64,000 nt of DNA from Felis catus (lineage: Eukaryota): contig NC_058373.1 of NCBI RefSeq assembly GCF_018350175.1, positions 118,298,001 to 118,362,000 on the forward strand. The letters are read 5' to 3'. The notes below the pieces were generated by a model. That model was not told where the DNA came from. It worked only from the letters and a program-made list of their open reading frames with translations, and searched no databases. Positions 51,432 through 64,000 of this stretch are shown piece by piece (the first letter of the stretch is position 1; every line of letters begins with the position of its first letter). A program made the position numbers and the translations under genes.

Positions 51432-53145
51432 ACCACTTAAGCGGATTCACTACTCATTAAACTAAATACCATTTCTTAATATATTCTGTACAAACTGAAA
51501 CCATCCCTAGTTTTCCCTTATTTAGAAAGTGAACATGAAGCCACACTGTGAATTAAAAGACTAGCCTTCTAAGTGTAAGTTATATAAGTTATAACATTTA
51601 ATAACTATTTGTAGTTTGTTTCAGGTCTACGTAATATATTCACTGATTTGTCTATTGTTTTCGATCATTAGTATTATGATGCTTAAAATATTCTTTAATG
51701 ACTAGTAGGGCAAATCATTGCATTACTTGAAAAATTTTCTAAGCTAAACTTATTCTTCTAGTGAACTTAGAATTATTTTGTTAAAGAAGAGACTGAATTT
51801 ATGTTTCTTGGAAAATTACATTACTTAGGCTGTATGTAACTGGAGAATAAACTCAAGTGGACATGACCAATCTATAAATTATAGTTTCACATATCATAAT
51901 AGATGAATATAATCCCTTTAACATTAATGATGATTAGACTAGGAAGGGCTTCAATCATTTAAGAATTTAAATGACCAAAATCTGAGGTAAATGTTATGTA
52001 TGTGTGTGTATATGTACATGTGTCTACATATTGGTTTATTTTTAGTTTTTTGCATACTATAATCAGTTATTTTTCTCCTTTCCCTTCTACAATAGATTCA
52101 CAGACATTTGTTCCAAAATATAATAGACCTCTCTAAGTTGGTTGCTTCTTTTTTATTGTATCTTTTATATTGAGGGATTACAGAAGAGAGGTCATATGAG
52201 ATGTACCAAGAAGTAGAAAAGTTTTGATTATTAAGCAAATTGATAAAAAAAAAAAAAGCACTCACTAGTAGCCAGACTTGTGACAGCCTACCATACGAGC
52301 AAACCTAAAGCAACAAGTATTTAATGCTGTCTAGGGCAGGGCATGCAAAAGTAATGGTTAATGCTTTCATAGCAAAAGGGTAAAAGGCCACACATTGGAG
52401 AGAAGGAAGGTTGCGAAGAGGATTGTCAGAGTTTATGAAACATTCTTCAAATCTATCCACAATATGATATTAACACTTTACTGCAAACCTTTATGAATTC
52501 TGAATCCATTCTCTCCTTTTACTAAATACACAGGCCTGTGCCTGGGATTTGTTTTATGGTATAATAGGCAAAGAAAACATTATGTATCCTGGAAAAGGCC
52601 TCTCCCTTTCACGTATGCTCAAGTTTGTGCAAAAGGCAGGGCAAATACACTGTTTATGTTAAAGGAGTATATAGAAGGAAACTGGGGAGTAGTAGCCAAA
52701 ATAGTAAGCCCTCCCCCCAACTGTAAACCTCACTAGCCATCATCACAGGTAACTCTATCTTCTACTTTTTCCTGGAAAGCTGTTTATTGTAGTAAATTTA
52801 AAATCAGTAATTAAAACCCAGTTACCACAGTTAAGACACTAACTCTAATAGTTTTCTCTTGGTTTTAGAACATTATTCATCTGTAAGATTTCATACCACT
52901 TGTTTAATTTAGGTTCTGAATCAAAAGTAACTTTTGGATAATGTCTGGCCTAAATTGGCAAAATTGGTCTTTATTATTGACATCTTTGGATGACAACATG
53001 AGATGCTCTTTATTAGAGAGCCCACATCTTTTGCCTTAAGAGAAATACTGTTATTGGATAGCAAATCATTAAAATTTATTGAGCAAAATCTTTAAAAAAA
53101 ATATTTCAGCATATAGATCAACCCTGGCAACCATCAAATACATAC

Positions 53146-53220
53146 AGCTTTCAATCTTTTTACAGCATCTTCACAGATGTGCATTCCCCTTGACTCATCA
53201 ACTTCTACATGGCCGAGGTA
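53146..53220 (-). CDS. NUMB: NUMB coding exon (75 nt; start of PTB domain)
   Basis: ttctacAG acceptor and GCT|GTATGT donor. Reads YLGHVEVDESRGMHICEDAVKRLKA. The upstream ATG exon is outside the window. Confidence 0.97.
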
Positions 53221-53744
53221 CTGTAGAAAAGAAGAAAAAAGTTAGGGTTATTGCTATGCTTATTGAGTAGCTACTATATGGCAAGTATCAGTTGGTAGAA
53301 AATTGAATATCAAAATTTCTGCACGTAAGAAACTACTACTATAGAAGAGTTAAGATAATGTTTCTAACCCTCAGTGTCCTCATATAAATGAGATTTAGAA
53401 TAAATGTCTCAAAGAGCTGTTATAGAGAAGTGAAAAAGTACATGGTAAGCACTAAATGTTACCTAAATCTATTGGATCTGAACATAATAGCCTGTGCTAG
53501 ACACAGTTACTGTGTCTCTGAACACAAAAAATAATCCTAAAATCAACTGTGTATGTATACATATATAAATACATGTATGTATATGTATACACACATATTG
53601 AAAAAGGCACAAATAAAAAGAACAGTTACTCAAAGGATGAAGAGATCACATATTCCTTTTATGGCAAGCATATAAGAGCAGGGCAGAGAACTAAAAAACA
53701 AATTTTAAGAGGGCAGTACATTTAAGCTTTAAAAGATGTGTAGA

Positions 53745-54095
53745 GGGGTTTGTCAGTTTGAGCCCTGAGCTGGGATCTGTGCTGACAGCTCAGAGCCAGG
53801 AGCCTGCTTGGGATTCTGTGTTTCCCTCTCTTTCTGCCCCTCCCCCACTCACGCTCTGTCTCTGTCCCTGTGTCTCTCTCAAAAATGAATAAACATTTAA
53901 AAAAATATTTATAAGATGTGTAGAATTTGAAGAGGCAAAAATTGAAAGGCTAGAAAACTATTTCAGGCCAAGAGAATTTAACAAAAGTTATAGGTGTAGA
54001 AAAGCATAACTATATATCTGCAAGTATTCCTGTTTGGCTAGAACATGAGGTATATACAGCTGGGGAACTTTAATGCTGGAATGTGTCTTTATTTT

Positions 54096-54134
<39 letters not shown>

Positions 54135-55411
54135 TTACAAATGTTTATTTATTTGGAGATAAAGAGAGTGTGTGTGTGAGTGAGGGAGGCGTAGAGAGAG
54201 GGAAAGAAAATCCTAAGCAGGCTCCGCACTGTCAACGCAAAGCCCGACAGACATGGGCCTCGAACTCACACAAGCCTTGAGATCACAACCCCAGCGAAAA
54301 TCAAGAGCTGGATGCTTAACCCACTAAGCCACCCATGGGCCCCGAGTCTCTCTTTAATCCTAGAGTCCATAGAGAGCTAATAAAGCTTTTTTTTGCAAGG
54401 TTACAGTAATGTAATTCAAACTGTACCTTAGCATGGGAATAGGTAAGAGAAAACAGAAGGGATGGTGGGAATATTACAAAAGTACTCTTATTTATGTATT
54501 TGTTTATTTTGTGACAGAGAGAGAGAGAGGGAGGGAGGGAGGAAGGGAGGGAGGGAGGGAGGGAGGGAGTGCGAGCCTTGCAAGCAGGGGAGGGAGAGGG
54601 AGGGAGGGAGGAGGGAGGAAATCTTAAGCAGGCTCCATGCTCAGCACAGAACCTCATGAGCTCCTACAACCCTGGGATCATGATCTGAGCCAAAATCAAG
54701 AGTTGGACACTCAACCGACGGAACCCCCTTGGCGGCCCTGAAAGTGTTCTCTTTTATTTATTTTTTTTTATTTTATTATTTTTTTTTAAAGTTTTTTAAC
54801 GTTTATTTTTGAGACAGAGAGAGACAGAGCATGAACGGGGGAGGGTCAGAGAGAGGGAGACACAGAATCTGAAACAGGCTCCAGGCTCTGAGCTGTCAGC
54901 ACAGAGCCCGACGCGGGGCTCGAACTCATGGACCGCGAGATCATAACCTGAGCCGAAGTCGGCCGCCTAACCGACTGAGCCACCCAGGCGCCCCAGAAAG
55001 TGCTCTCTTTTAAAAGGAAATTTATGGTCTGGTTCTGGGTTAACATTGAGTAGACCCACTTTTCTCTGTCCAACCCGCTGAATGAAACCATAAAACCTGG
55101 ACAGAATGCATGGAGCACCTATCTGAGGTCTCCTTTGTAAAGAGTAGAAAAGAAATTCAAGAAGAATACCAGGATCTTAGATATATATTTTTTAATATTT
55201 ATTTATTTTGAGAGAGAGAGAGAGAATGAGTGAGCAAGCATGGATCTGGGAAGGGGCAGAGAGGGAGAGAGAGAATTCCACACAGGCTCTGAGCTGTCAG
55301 CGCAGAGCCTGATGCAGCGCTTGAACTCACTAAACTGTGAGATCATGACCTGAGCTGTAATCAAGAGCCCGACTCTCAAGATGCCTAGCCGACTGAACCA
55401 TCCAGGCACCC
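53745..55411. mobile_element. Can-SINE cluster: 53745-53905 (+, head deleted), about 54090-54343 (-), 54490-54738 (-), 54750-54994 (-), 55188-55411 (-)
   Basis: SINE bodies with (TTTA)n and (GGGA)n simple repeats. TSD AAGATGTGTAGA around the first copy. Confidence 0.88.
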
Positions 55412-56955
55412 TAAAGTACTTCTGAACTGGCAGGGAGTTTACCTCCCATTCTCCTCCTCCTTTTTTCTTCCCTCTCTTTTTTGATGCTTCCAGTTTGAAC
55501 TTAACACAGCCAGAAATCCAAAAGTGAGTGCTGTGGCAAAGAAAGAACTCTGAGGGAAATAAAAAAGAACTCTGGGAAAAGCACTCTAGCTGTGGCTCTA
55601 AGATCAGGAGAGAGTATAGGAATCATACTCCCTTTTATTTATCTCTCTTAATTCTTTGTTGTCTCACATCCCAGCTCCCCAAAATATCCTGTGGTGGTGG
55701 CACTGATGGCAGCAATGGAAACCTGCAAGAGCCACACTTCTGAGGGAGGGGAACTTTCCTCCTGGTTAGTGAAACTGTGATTCCAGGAAGATGGGACCAA
55801 CACCCTTTCTGCTTTTTTCCCCCTTTGTATATCTCCCACCATTTGGCCCTGCATAGAGGTGAAATAGTGGGAACGTATGGGAGAGCAGAACAACAAGAAC
55901 CCCAGGAAACACAGGCATAGAGTTTAAGTAACTTGCCCAAGGTCACTGAGCTAGTGAATACTCAAACCCAAGCAGCCTGACCAAGAACCATCTTATAATG
56001 CTCATATGTACGGAATTTTTCATTTTTACTCAAATCTTTCCAATACTGCATAAGTGCATAAAACCAGTGTATTACAATCAATTTAGGAAACTATTTGACT
56101 TCAAGTAACTTGAGGCATCAATCATAACGATCATTACCTAAGACCAAAATAATTAAATGTCTGAAGAATTTTAACAGCTATAATTTTGAGTGAACATTAT
56201 ATAAATAGGAAGAATCCTCACTTTTTAGTGAATCAAATGATGTATTATATATAGTTCTAAGCTGAAGGAGTCTAACCTCTTTAGGCCAAATCTGAATAAT
56301 ATGAAATCCAACAAGATAAATCTTTACATATTCTATTTTAGATTGTCAAGTGCAACAGATTTTGGCTACAAATTTTATTTTCTAAACACTTTCTATCTAG
56401 ATCCACATTTAGTTCCACTCTTTGGTTTTATAGATGAGAAACAGTGGTAATGTTTTCTCAAACTCAACATCACTGAATCCATTATGGATACTCAGTATAC
56501 ACAAGGGCTTCAAATTTTAGAGAATTTCTAAACTACTACATTAAAAACAATACATAATAGTATTTCATATCAATAAGAAAGGATGCTGGTAGCAAATTTT
56601 CTGTGTACCTTTGTCTGGCTCAACAAAGGATAACTTTAAGACAGATTCCATATTTCGTCATCTTTGCTTACCTCTTTTTTCTACTAAGTTAGAACAATTT
56701 TACCCCCAAATTATAGGCTATCGGAAAAGTCAAATGTTTGGTGGCTCTGAACTAGCTCTAGATGTTCAGATTGACTCACACTCAGAAATAATAAAGTACT
56801 CTCTCACTGAAGACTGTTTTCATCATTCAGTTAGATGCAATAGTGATAGGTGTATTACACTCAAATTCTGGAAAGCTCTATTTTTCAGCTTAGAAGACAA
56901 TGATGGACTTTTAAATACCTCCTTAGTTGAATTCAGCTCTAGAAAGGATTGCTTT

Positions 56956-57195
56956 CTTTTCTTTTTTTTTTTTTTTTAAATTTTTTTTTTCAACGTTTTT
57001 ATTTATTTTTGGGACAGAGAGAGACAGAGCATGAACGGGGGAGGGGCAGAGAGAGAGGGAGACGCAGAATCGGAAGCAGGCTCCAGGCTCCGAGCCATCA
57101 ACCCAGAGCCTGACGCGGGGCTCGAACTCACAGACCGTGAGATCGTGACCTGGCTGAAGTCGGATGCTTAACCGACTGCGCCACCCAGGCGCCCC
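56956..57195 (-). mobile_element. Young felid Can-SINE
   Basis: TSD GGATTGCTTT at 56946-56955 and 57198-57207. Confidence 0.94.
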
Positions 57196-58122
57196 ATGGA
57201 TTGCTTTATTTTCTGTTGATATTTGGCCTTTTTCAAAGTCCAAAAACATAATTTTAATTTTGTGGTCCAATAAGCAAAGAAAATAAAGCAGTGGAAAAGA
57301 GTAAAATCTTAGCAACTGAACTATTTGCATCACTGTTCTGACATTTTAACAAATTCTGGCAGCTCATTCTTAGTGCCTTGTCATATATATTAAGTTCTTT
57401 TTGTTTCTTTACCCTTAATCACTGACTTGAAATGCCAAATATATATTTTTTAAAATTACATTATCCTGGACTTTCTATTTTGTTCTACTGTTGTGTCTTT
57501 CTATTGTGGCACTATAACATGCTATTTTGATCATTACGGTTAATTTAAGAATGCATTTTAACATGGTTTAGCATGGTCACTTTCACTAATTTTTCTCCCA
57601 CAGAATTTTCCTGGTTATTTCCTATGTTTAATCTTTGGTATCAACTTTGGAATAATTTTGTTCAATTGCTGTCCAAAAAAAACTTTGGTGTTTTAATTAA
57701 GATCACCTTAAGTTCACTAGTTAATTTGAGAAAAACTGACATTATAATACTGACCTATTCCATCTAACACTATTTATTCAAGTCTTTTATATCTCTGAAG
57801 TTTTATAGTAGCCTTCAAAAATACTCTTGTACATTTCTTTCTAGATTAATAAGTATATTCCATAGCACTGCACCATTTAACATTCCCATCAAAGTGTATG
57901 ACGGGTTCAATTTCCCTACATGCTCATCAGCACTTTATTTTCTATCATTTTTTAAATTATACCATCCTTTAATAGGTAGTATTAAACAAGTAGTATCTTG
58001 TGATTTTGATTTGCATGCTCCTAATGACTAATGATACTGAGTATCTGTATCTTTTTGTGTGCTAATTAGCCATTTGTATATCTTCTTTGGAGAAATACCA
58101 ATTCATATCCTTTGCTCATTTT

Positions 58123-61100
58123 TTAAAATTTGGCCTATTTATATACTTTTTAAGTTTTATTTAAATTCCAGTTAGGAGTGTAATATTAGTTTCAGATGTA
58201 CAATATAGTGATTGAACATTTCTATACACCACCCAGTGCTCATCACAAACAAGTACACTCTTTCATCTCTGTCATCTATTTAACCCACCCCCCACCCACC
58301 TCCCTTCTGGTAACCATTAGTTTGTTCTCTATATTTAAGAGTCTGTTTCTTCATCTGCCTCTTTTTTTTCCCCTTTGCTCATTTGTTTCTTAAGTTACAC
58401 ATGAGTGAAATCATATGGTATCTGTCCTTTTTCTGACTTACTTTGCTTAGCATTAATACTACTCTCTAGCTCCATCCACGTCCTTGCAAATAGCAAGATC
58501 TTATTCTTTTTTATGGCTAAGTAATATTCTATTGCATATATACACCACATCTTTATCCATTTGTCAATCGATGAACAGTGGGCTGTTTCCATAATTTAGA
58601 TATTGTAGATAAAGCTGCTATAAACACCAGAGTACATGTATCTCTCCGAATTAATATTTTTGCATTCTTTGGGTAAACACCTAGTAGTGCAATTGCTGGA
58701 TTGTAGGGTAATTCTATTTTTAACTTCCTGAGGAATCTCCACTCTGTTTTCCAGAGTGACTGCATTAGTTTGCATTCCCAACAGTGCAAGAAGGTTCCCT
58801 TTTCTTCACATCCTTGCCCACACCTGTTTCTTGTGTTCTTGATTTTAGCCATTCTGACAGTTGTGAGGTGTTATCTCACTGTAGTTTTGATTTGCATTTC
58901 CCTGATGATAAGTGAGGTTGACCATCTTTTCATGTGTCTGCTGGCCATCTGTATGTCTTCTTTGGAAAAATGTCTATTTATCTCTTCTGCCCATTTTTAA
59001 TTATTCATTTTTGGGGTGTTGAGTTTTATAAGTTCTTTTTAGATTTTGGATACTAACCCTTTATCAGATATGCTATTTACAAATATCTTCTCCCATTCCA
59101 TAGGTTGCCTTTTAGTTCTGTTGATTGTTTCCTTTGCTGTGCAGAAGACATTTATTTTGATGTAGTCCCAACAGTTCACTTTTGCTTTTGTTTCCCTCGC
59201 CTCAGAAGACGTACCTAGAAAGAATATGCTATGGTCAACATCAAAGAAATTTACTGCCAGTGTTCTCTTCTAGGATTTTTATGATTTTACATCTTACACT
59301 CAGGTCTTTAATCCATTTTGAATTTGTTGTTGTGTATGGTGTAAGAAAGTGGTTCAGTTTCATTCTTTTGCAGGTAGCTGTCCAGTTTTCCCAACACCAT
59401 TTGTTGAAGAGACTGTCTTTTCCCCACTGGATAGTCTTTCTGGATTTACTGAAGATTAATTGACTACATAGTTGTGGGTTCATTCTTGGGTCTTCTATTC
59501 TGTCCCATTGATCTATGTGTCTATTTTTGTGCCAGTACCATAGTATATTGATTACTACAGCTTTGTAATATAACCTGAAGTTCAGAATTGTGATGCCTTC
59601 AGCTTTTTCTTTCATAAGGTTGCTATGGCTATTCAGGGTCTTCTGTGGTTCCATACAGATTTTAGAATAGCTTGTTCTAAGCTCTGTGAAAAAAGTTGTT
59701 AGTAGTTTGAGACGGATTCCATTAAATGTGTAGGTTGCCTTGGGTGGTATAGACATTTTAGCAATATTTGTTATTCCAACCTATGAGCATGGGATGTCTT
59801 TCCATTTGTTTGTGTCATCTTCAATTTCTTTCATCAGTGTTTTATAGTTTTCAGAATACAGGTCTTTCACCTCTTTGGTTAGGTTTATTCCTAGGTATCC
59901 TATTGCTTTTGGTGCAACTATAAATAGGACTGATTCCTTAGGTTTTCTTCCTGCTGCTTCATTATTGGGATACAGAAATGCAACAGATTTCTGTACACTG
60001 ATTTTGTATCCTGAGACTTTACTGAATTTGTTTATCAGTTCTAGTAGTTTTTTAGTGGAATCTTTAGGCGTTTCTATATATAGTATCATGTCATCTGCAA
60101 AGAGTGAAAGTTTTACTTCTTCCTTGCCAATTTGGATGCCTTTTCTTTTTGTAGTCTGATTACTGTGGCTATCATTTTTAGCACCATGTTGAGTAAAAGT
60201 GGTGAGAGTGCACATCCCTGCCTTGCTCCTGACTGTAGGAGGAAAGTTCTCAGTTTTTCACCATTGAGTATGATGCTAGCTTTGGGTTTTCCATATTTGA
60301 TACTTGGCCTTTTTTATGCTGAGGTATGTTGCCTCTAAACTTGCTTTGTTGAAGGTAGTTATCATGTATGGATGTTGTACTTTGTCAAATGCTTTTTCTG
60401 CATTTATGGGAATGATCAAAGTTTTTATCTTTCTCTCTCTTTTTTATCTTTCTCTTATTGATGTGATATATCATGTTGATTGATTTGCGAATACTGAACC
60501 ACACTTGCAACCTAGGGAAAAAAATCTCACTTGATTAGGCTGAATATTTTTAATGTATTGTTGGATTCAGTTTGCTAGTATTTTATTGACAATTTTTGCA
60601 TCTATGTTCATCAGGGACATTGGCTTGTAGTTCTCTTTTTTAATGGTGTCTTTATCTGGTTTTGGTATTGGGGTAATGCTGGCCTCACTGAATGAATTTA
60701 GAAAATTTCCTTTCTTTCCTATTTTTTTGGAATAGTTTGAGAAGAAAAGGTATTAACTCTTCTTTAAATGTTTGGTAGAATTCACCTGTGAAGCCATCTG
60801 GTCCTGGACTTTTGTTTGTTGGGAGTTTTTTTTTATTACTAATTCAATTTCTTTGCTGGTTATCAGCTTGTTCAAGTTTACTTTCTGTTTCAGTTCTGGT
60901 AATTTATATGTTTATAGGAGTTAATACATTTCTTCTAGGTCTTCCAATTTGTTGGCATATAGTTTTTCAAAATATTCTCTTATAATTTTATTTCTGTGGG
61001 ATTGGTTGTTATTTCTTCTCTCTCATTTGTAATTTTACTTATTTGGGTCTTTTCTCTTTTCTTTTTGGTAAGTCTGGCTAGAGGGGGTGCCTGGGTGGCT

Positions 61101-61501
61101 CAGCTGTTTAAGTGTCCAACTCTTGATTTTGGCTCAGGTCATGATCTCACAGTTGGTGAGATCGAGCCCTGCAGAGCCTGCTCAGGATTATCTCTCTCCC
61201 TCTCTCTCAAGGTTTATCAATTTTGTTGATTTTTTTCAGAGAACCAGTGCTCCTGGTTTCATTGATCTATTCTACTGTTTTATTAGTTTCTATATATTTT
61301 TGCTCTAATCTTTTATTATTTCCTTCCTTCTGATGGCTTTAGGCTTTGTTTGTTGTTCTCTTTCTAGCCCCTTTAGGTGTAGGGTTAGGTTGTTTATTTG
61401 AGATTTTTCTTGCTTCCTGAGGTGGGCCTGTACTGCTATACACTTCCCTTCTTAGGAAAGTTTTGTTGCACCCCAAAGGTTTTGAACTGTTGTATTTTCA
61501 T
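58123..61501 (-). mobile_element. 5'-truncated carnivore LINE-1 (ORF2 RT to 3'UTR) nested in an older L1
   Basis: ORF2 fragments ([23 protein letters not shown]). TSD TCCTTTGCTCATTTT at 58108-58122 and 61502-61516. Confidence 0.9.
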
Positions 61502-61902
61502 TCCTTTGCTCATTTTCTAATTGGGTTGTATGCCTTTAAATTGTTGAGTTGTAAGAGTTTTCATTATATTCTGGGTATTAAGCCTTTATCAAATACATGA
61601 TTTCCAAATACTTTCTCCTATTCTGTATATTGTCTTTTCACTTTCTTGAAAACATCCTTTGCGCAAAACTTTCAAATTTTGATGAAGTTCAATATATCTA
61701 TTTTTTCTTTTGTTGTTCATGCTCTTGATGTCCTATTTAAGATTCTGCTACCATATTTAAAATCATGAAGATTTACCCCTGTGCTTTCTTCTATGAATTT
61801 TATGGTTATTACTCCTATATTTAGATCATTGATTCAGTAAGTTAATTTTTTACATGGTTTAAGGTAGAGCTCTAACTTCATTCTTTTAAATGTGAAAATC
61901 CT

Positions 61903-62105
61903 AGGGCACCTGGGTGGCTCAGTTGGTTGAGTCACCGACTTCGGCTCAGGTCATGATCTCACAGTCTGTGAGTTCGAGCCCTGCGTCGGGCTCTGTGCTG
62001 ACAGCTCAGAGCCTGGAGCCTGCTTCTGATTCTGTGTCTCCCTCTCTCTCTGCCCCTCCCCACTCATGCTCTGTCTCTGTCTCAGAAATAAATAAACATA
62101 AAAAA
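61903..62105 (+). mobile_element. Can-SINE
   Basis: Full body flanked by AATGTGAAAATCC repeats. Confidence 0.9.
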
Positions 62106-63140
62106 TTTTTTTTAATGTGAAAATCCAGCTGTCCCAATGGATGCATGGATGACAATTCTTTCCCCCTGGAGTGGACTCTGCACCCTTGTCAAAAATCAAT
62201 TGGACAAAAATATATCAGACTATATTTAATCTATCTTATTTGCTTCTTCAATCTGAGGATTCAAATACTGCCTTAAATGAATTCATCTTCCTCTCTCCTC
62301 CTGTAGCTCCCATTAGGCCTGGAAGTTCTACTGGCCTTTTTAATTTGTTCATCCATGTTTCCTCATCTCTTTTTTCATATTTTCTCTTTATCATCTTGTG
62401 CTGCATTCTGGGTAACTTTATTAAATCTACCTTCCAGTTTACCAATTCTCTTTTCAGCTAGGTCTAATGCACTATTGAATCTATCCACCAAATACAATCT
62501 CAGTAACAGTATTTTTCATTTTAAGAAGCTCAGATTTGATTCTTTGTCAGATTTAATTCCTTTTTTTTCATGTCTTATTTTTTTCTTATGGTTTGAATTT
62601 TTGTATGTCTCTAATGATTTTATATATACATATTTTATAGTGTCCTCTATAGTCTATCAATTCAAGTTCTTACAGAGCTAATCTTGTCCTTTATTATATA
62701 ATCCTTATTATATCTGCTGATCATTTCCATATATGATTTATAACTTACGTTTTAAACTGTAAGTTCATCCTCACTGAAGCTCAATTTCACTGAGGGAAAT
62801 TCATGCATTCTGGAATATGGAGTGGTTTTATATTTGCTTCTAAAAGATACCCCAGGTGTATCAGTAGCCTAAGACCTATTGTAATTAATTTGAGGATTCT
62901 TACACCATGCAGGTTTTAGCATCTGAAGTCCAAATCCACAGTTTCAATTTTTCCTTAGAGACTCCTTTTTTTCACCCAGGATCTGAGCAGACGCAAGATT
63001 CTGCTTTTTAATTTTTTTGTTTTGTTTTTTGCTTCTTCTCTTAGTTCTCTATTTCACTGATTATAAAGCCCACTGAAGTTTCTGGTTCTATGCTGGGTTC
63101 TCAGTTCTGATGCTCTGGTTTTTATAAGTCCAGGACTTTT

Positions 63141-63357
63141 AAATTTTTTTTTTTCAACGTTTATTTATTTTTGGGACAGAGAGAGACAGAGCATGAACGG
63201 GGGAGGGGCAGAGAGAGAGGGAGACACAGAATCGGAAATAGGCTCCAGGCTCTGAGCCATCAGCCCAGAGCCTGACGCAGGGCTCGAACTCACGGACCGC
63301 GAGATCGTGACCTGGCTGAAGTCGGACGCTTAACCGACTGCGCCACCCAGGCGCCCC
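63141..63357 (-). mobile_element. Young felid Can-SINE
   Basis: TSD AGTCCAGGACTTTT at 63127-63140 and 63358-63371. Confidence 0.95.
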
Positions 63358-63809
63358 AGTCCAGGACTTTTAGAATGAATGTTAAAACCAAAGGCTCTAG
63401 CTCACAAATCTTCTACCTCCTAGGTTGTACCATGCCAGCATAATTACTGCTGTGTTTGCAAATTCCCTCTTAATTTCTAGTAACTGGAGAGATCTGTCTT
63501 TATTGAAAGCTCAGATGTGTTTTAAGAGAAAAAGGTTGTTTATAAATGTATTCAGCATTTCTAGATATTTGTATTGGGAATATTTCTATGGTAGCTTAAC
63601 ACACTTTTTGCAAGAATGAAAACACCTGTCATATTTTTCAACAAAACTGTTTTTGCTATCTATTGGTTTTAGTATATCTTGTAAGCAGCCAAAATACTGG
63701 AGTTTCCTATAATTTTAAGCAGTTTTTTGGTTGATTCTCTTGGTTTTTCAAAGATAACATCTGCAGAAACAAATAAGACACAAAAAGTCTTGATTTCCCA
63801 CTTTTATAA

Positions 63810-64000
63810 CTTTTCTTTTTTTTTTTTAATTTTTTTTTTAACGTTTTATTTATTTTTGAGACAGAGAGAGACAGAGCATGAACGGGGCAGGGGCAGAGAG
63901 AAAGGGAGACACAGAATCGGAAACAGGCTCCAGGCTCTGAGCCATCAGCCCAGAGCCCGACGCGGGGCTCGAACTCACGGACCGCGAGATCGTGACCTGA
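63810..64000 (-). mobile_element. Young felid Can-SINE (truncated by window end)
   Basis: Nearly identical to 63141-63357. Confidence 0.92.

Larger units (their letters stand above)
57460..62210 (-). mobile_element. Older degraded L1M fragments flanking the nested L1
   Basis: Diverged ORF2-like sequence (ttgatttgcat...gccatttgtatatcttctttggagaaat; tcttttcactttcttg...cacccttgtcaaaaatcaattg) continuous across the nested element. Confidence 0.65.

Noticed and set aside
7140..62199. Recurring ORF family '...SAQVMIS...SPASGSVLTAQSLEP...' that looks like a repeated gene or array
   Set aside because: These are translations of Can-SINE bodies, not genes. They are dispersed with TSDs and are not a CRISPR-like array.
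1..64000. A novel gene, defence system, CRISPR array, rRNA or CpG-island promoter
   Set aside because: None is visible. The window is explained by PAPLN, NUMB and interspersed repeats, and both promoters lie outside it.

Overview
Mammalian genomic DNA, almost certainly from a felid, judging by the abundant cat-type tRNA-derived Can-SINEs (SINEC_Fc-like). The window holds two convergent genes. On the + strand is the 3' end of PAPLN (papilin): the last Ig exon at 1603-1769 and the terminal PLAC exon at 5455-5630. On the - strand is most of NUMB: nine coding exons from the PTB domain (53220) to the stop at 9392, with the 3'UTR reaching about 8030. These include both known alternative exons, the 33-nt PTB insert (47462-47494) and the 147-nt PRR insert (11010-11156). 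The first NUMB coding exon lies beyond 64000. All exon boundaries are GT-AG and phase-compatible. Introns are filled with Can-SINEs, L1, L2/MIR, LTRs (MLT2, MER21) and DNA transposons (Tigger2-like, MER20, MER58, MER45, MER5); repeat family names come from my recall of consensus sequences. I see no new gene or new biological system. The two most unusual structures are: (1) a TSD-flanked L1 that keeps its extreme 5' end, but whose 5'UTR is joined at a CAG|G junction directly into ORF1, removing the ORF1 start. It looks like a retrotransposed spliced L1 (SpIRE-like). (2) A roughly 100-bp unique segment plus SINE head copied from 53.7 kb into another SINE at 28.4 kb, with TSDs that show the direction of transfer.
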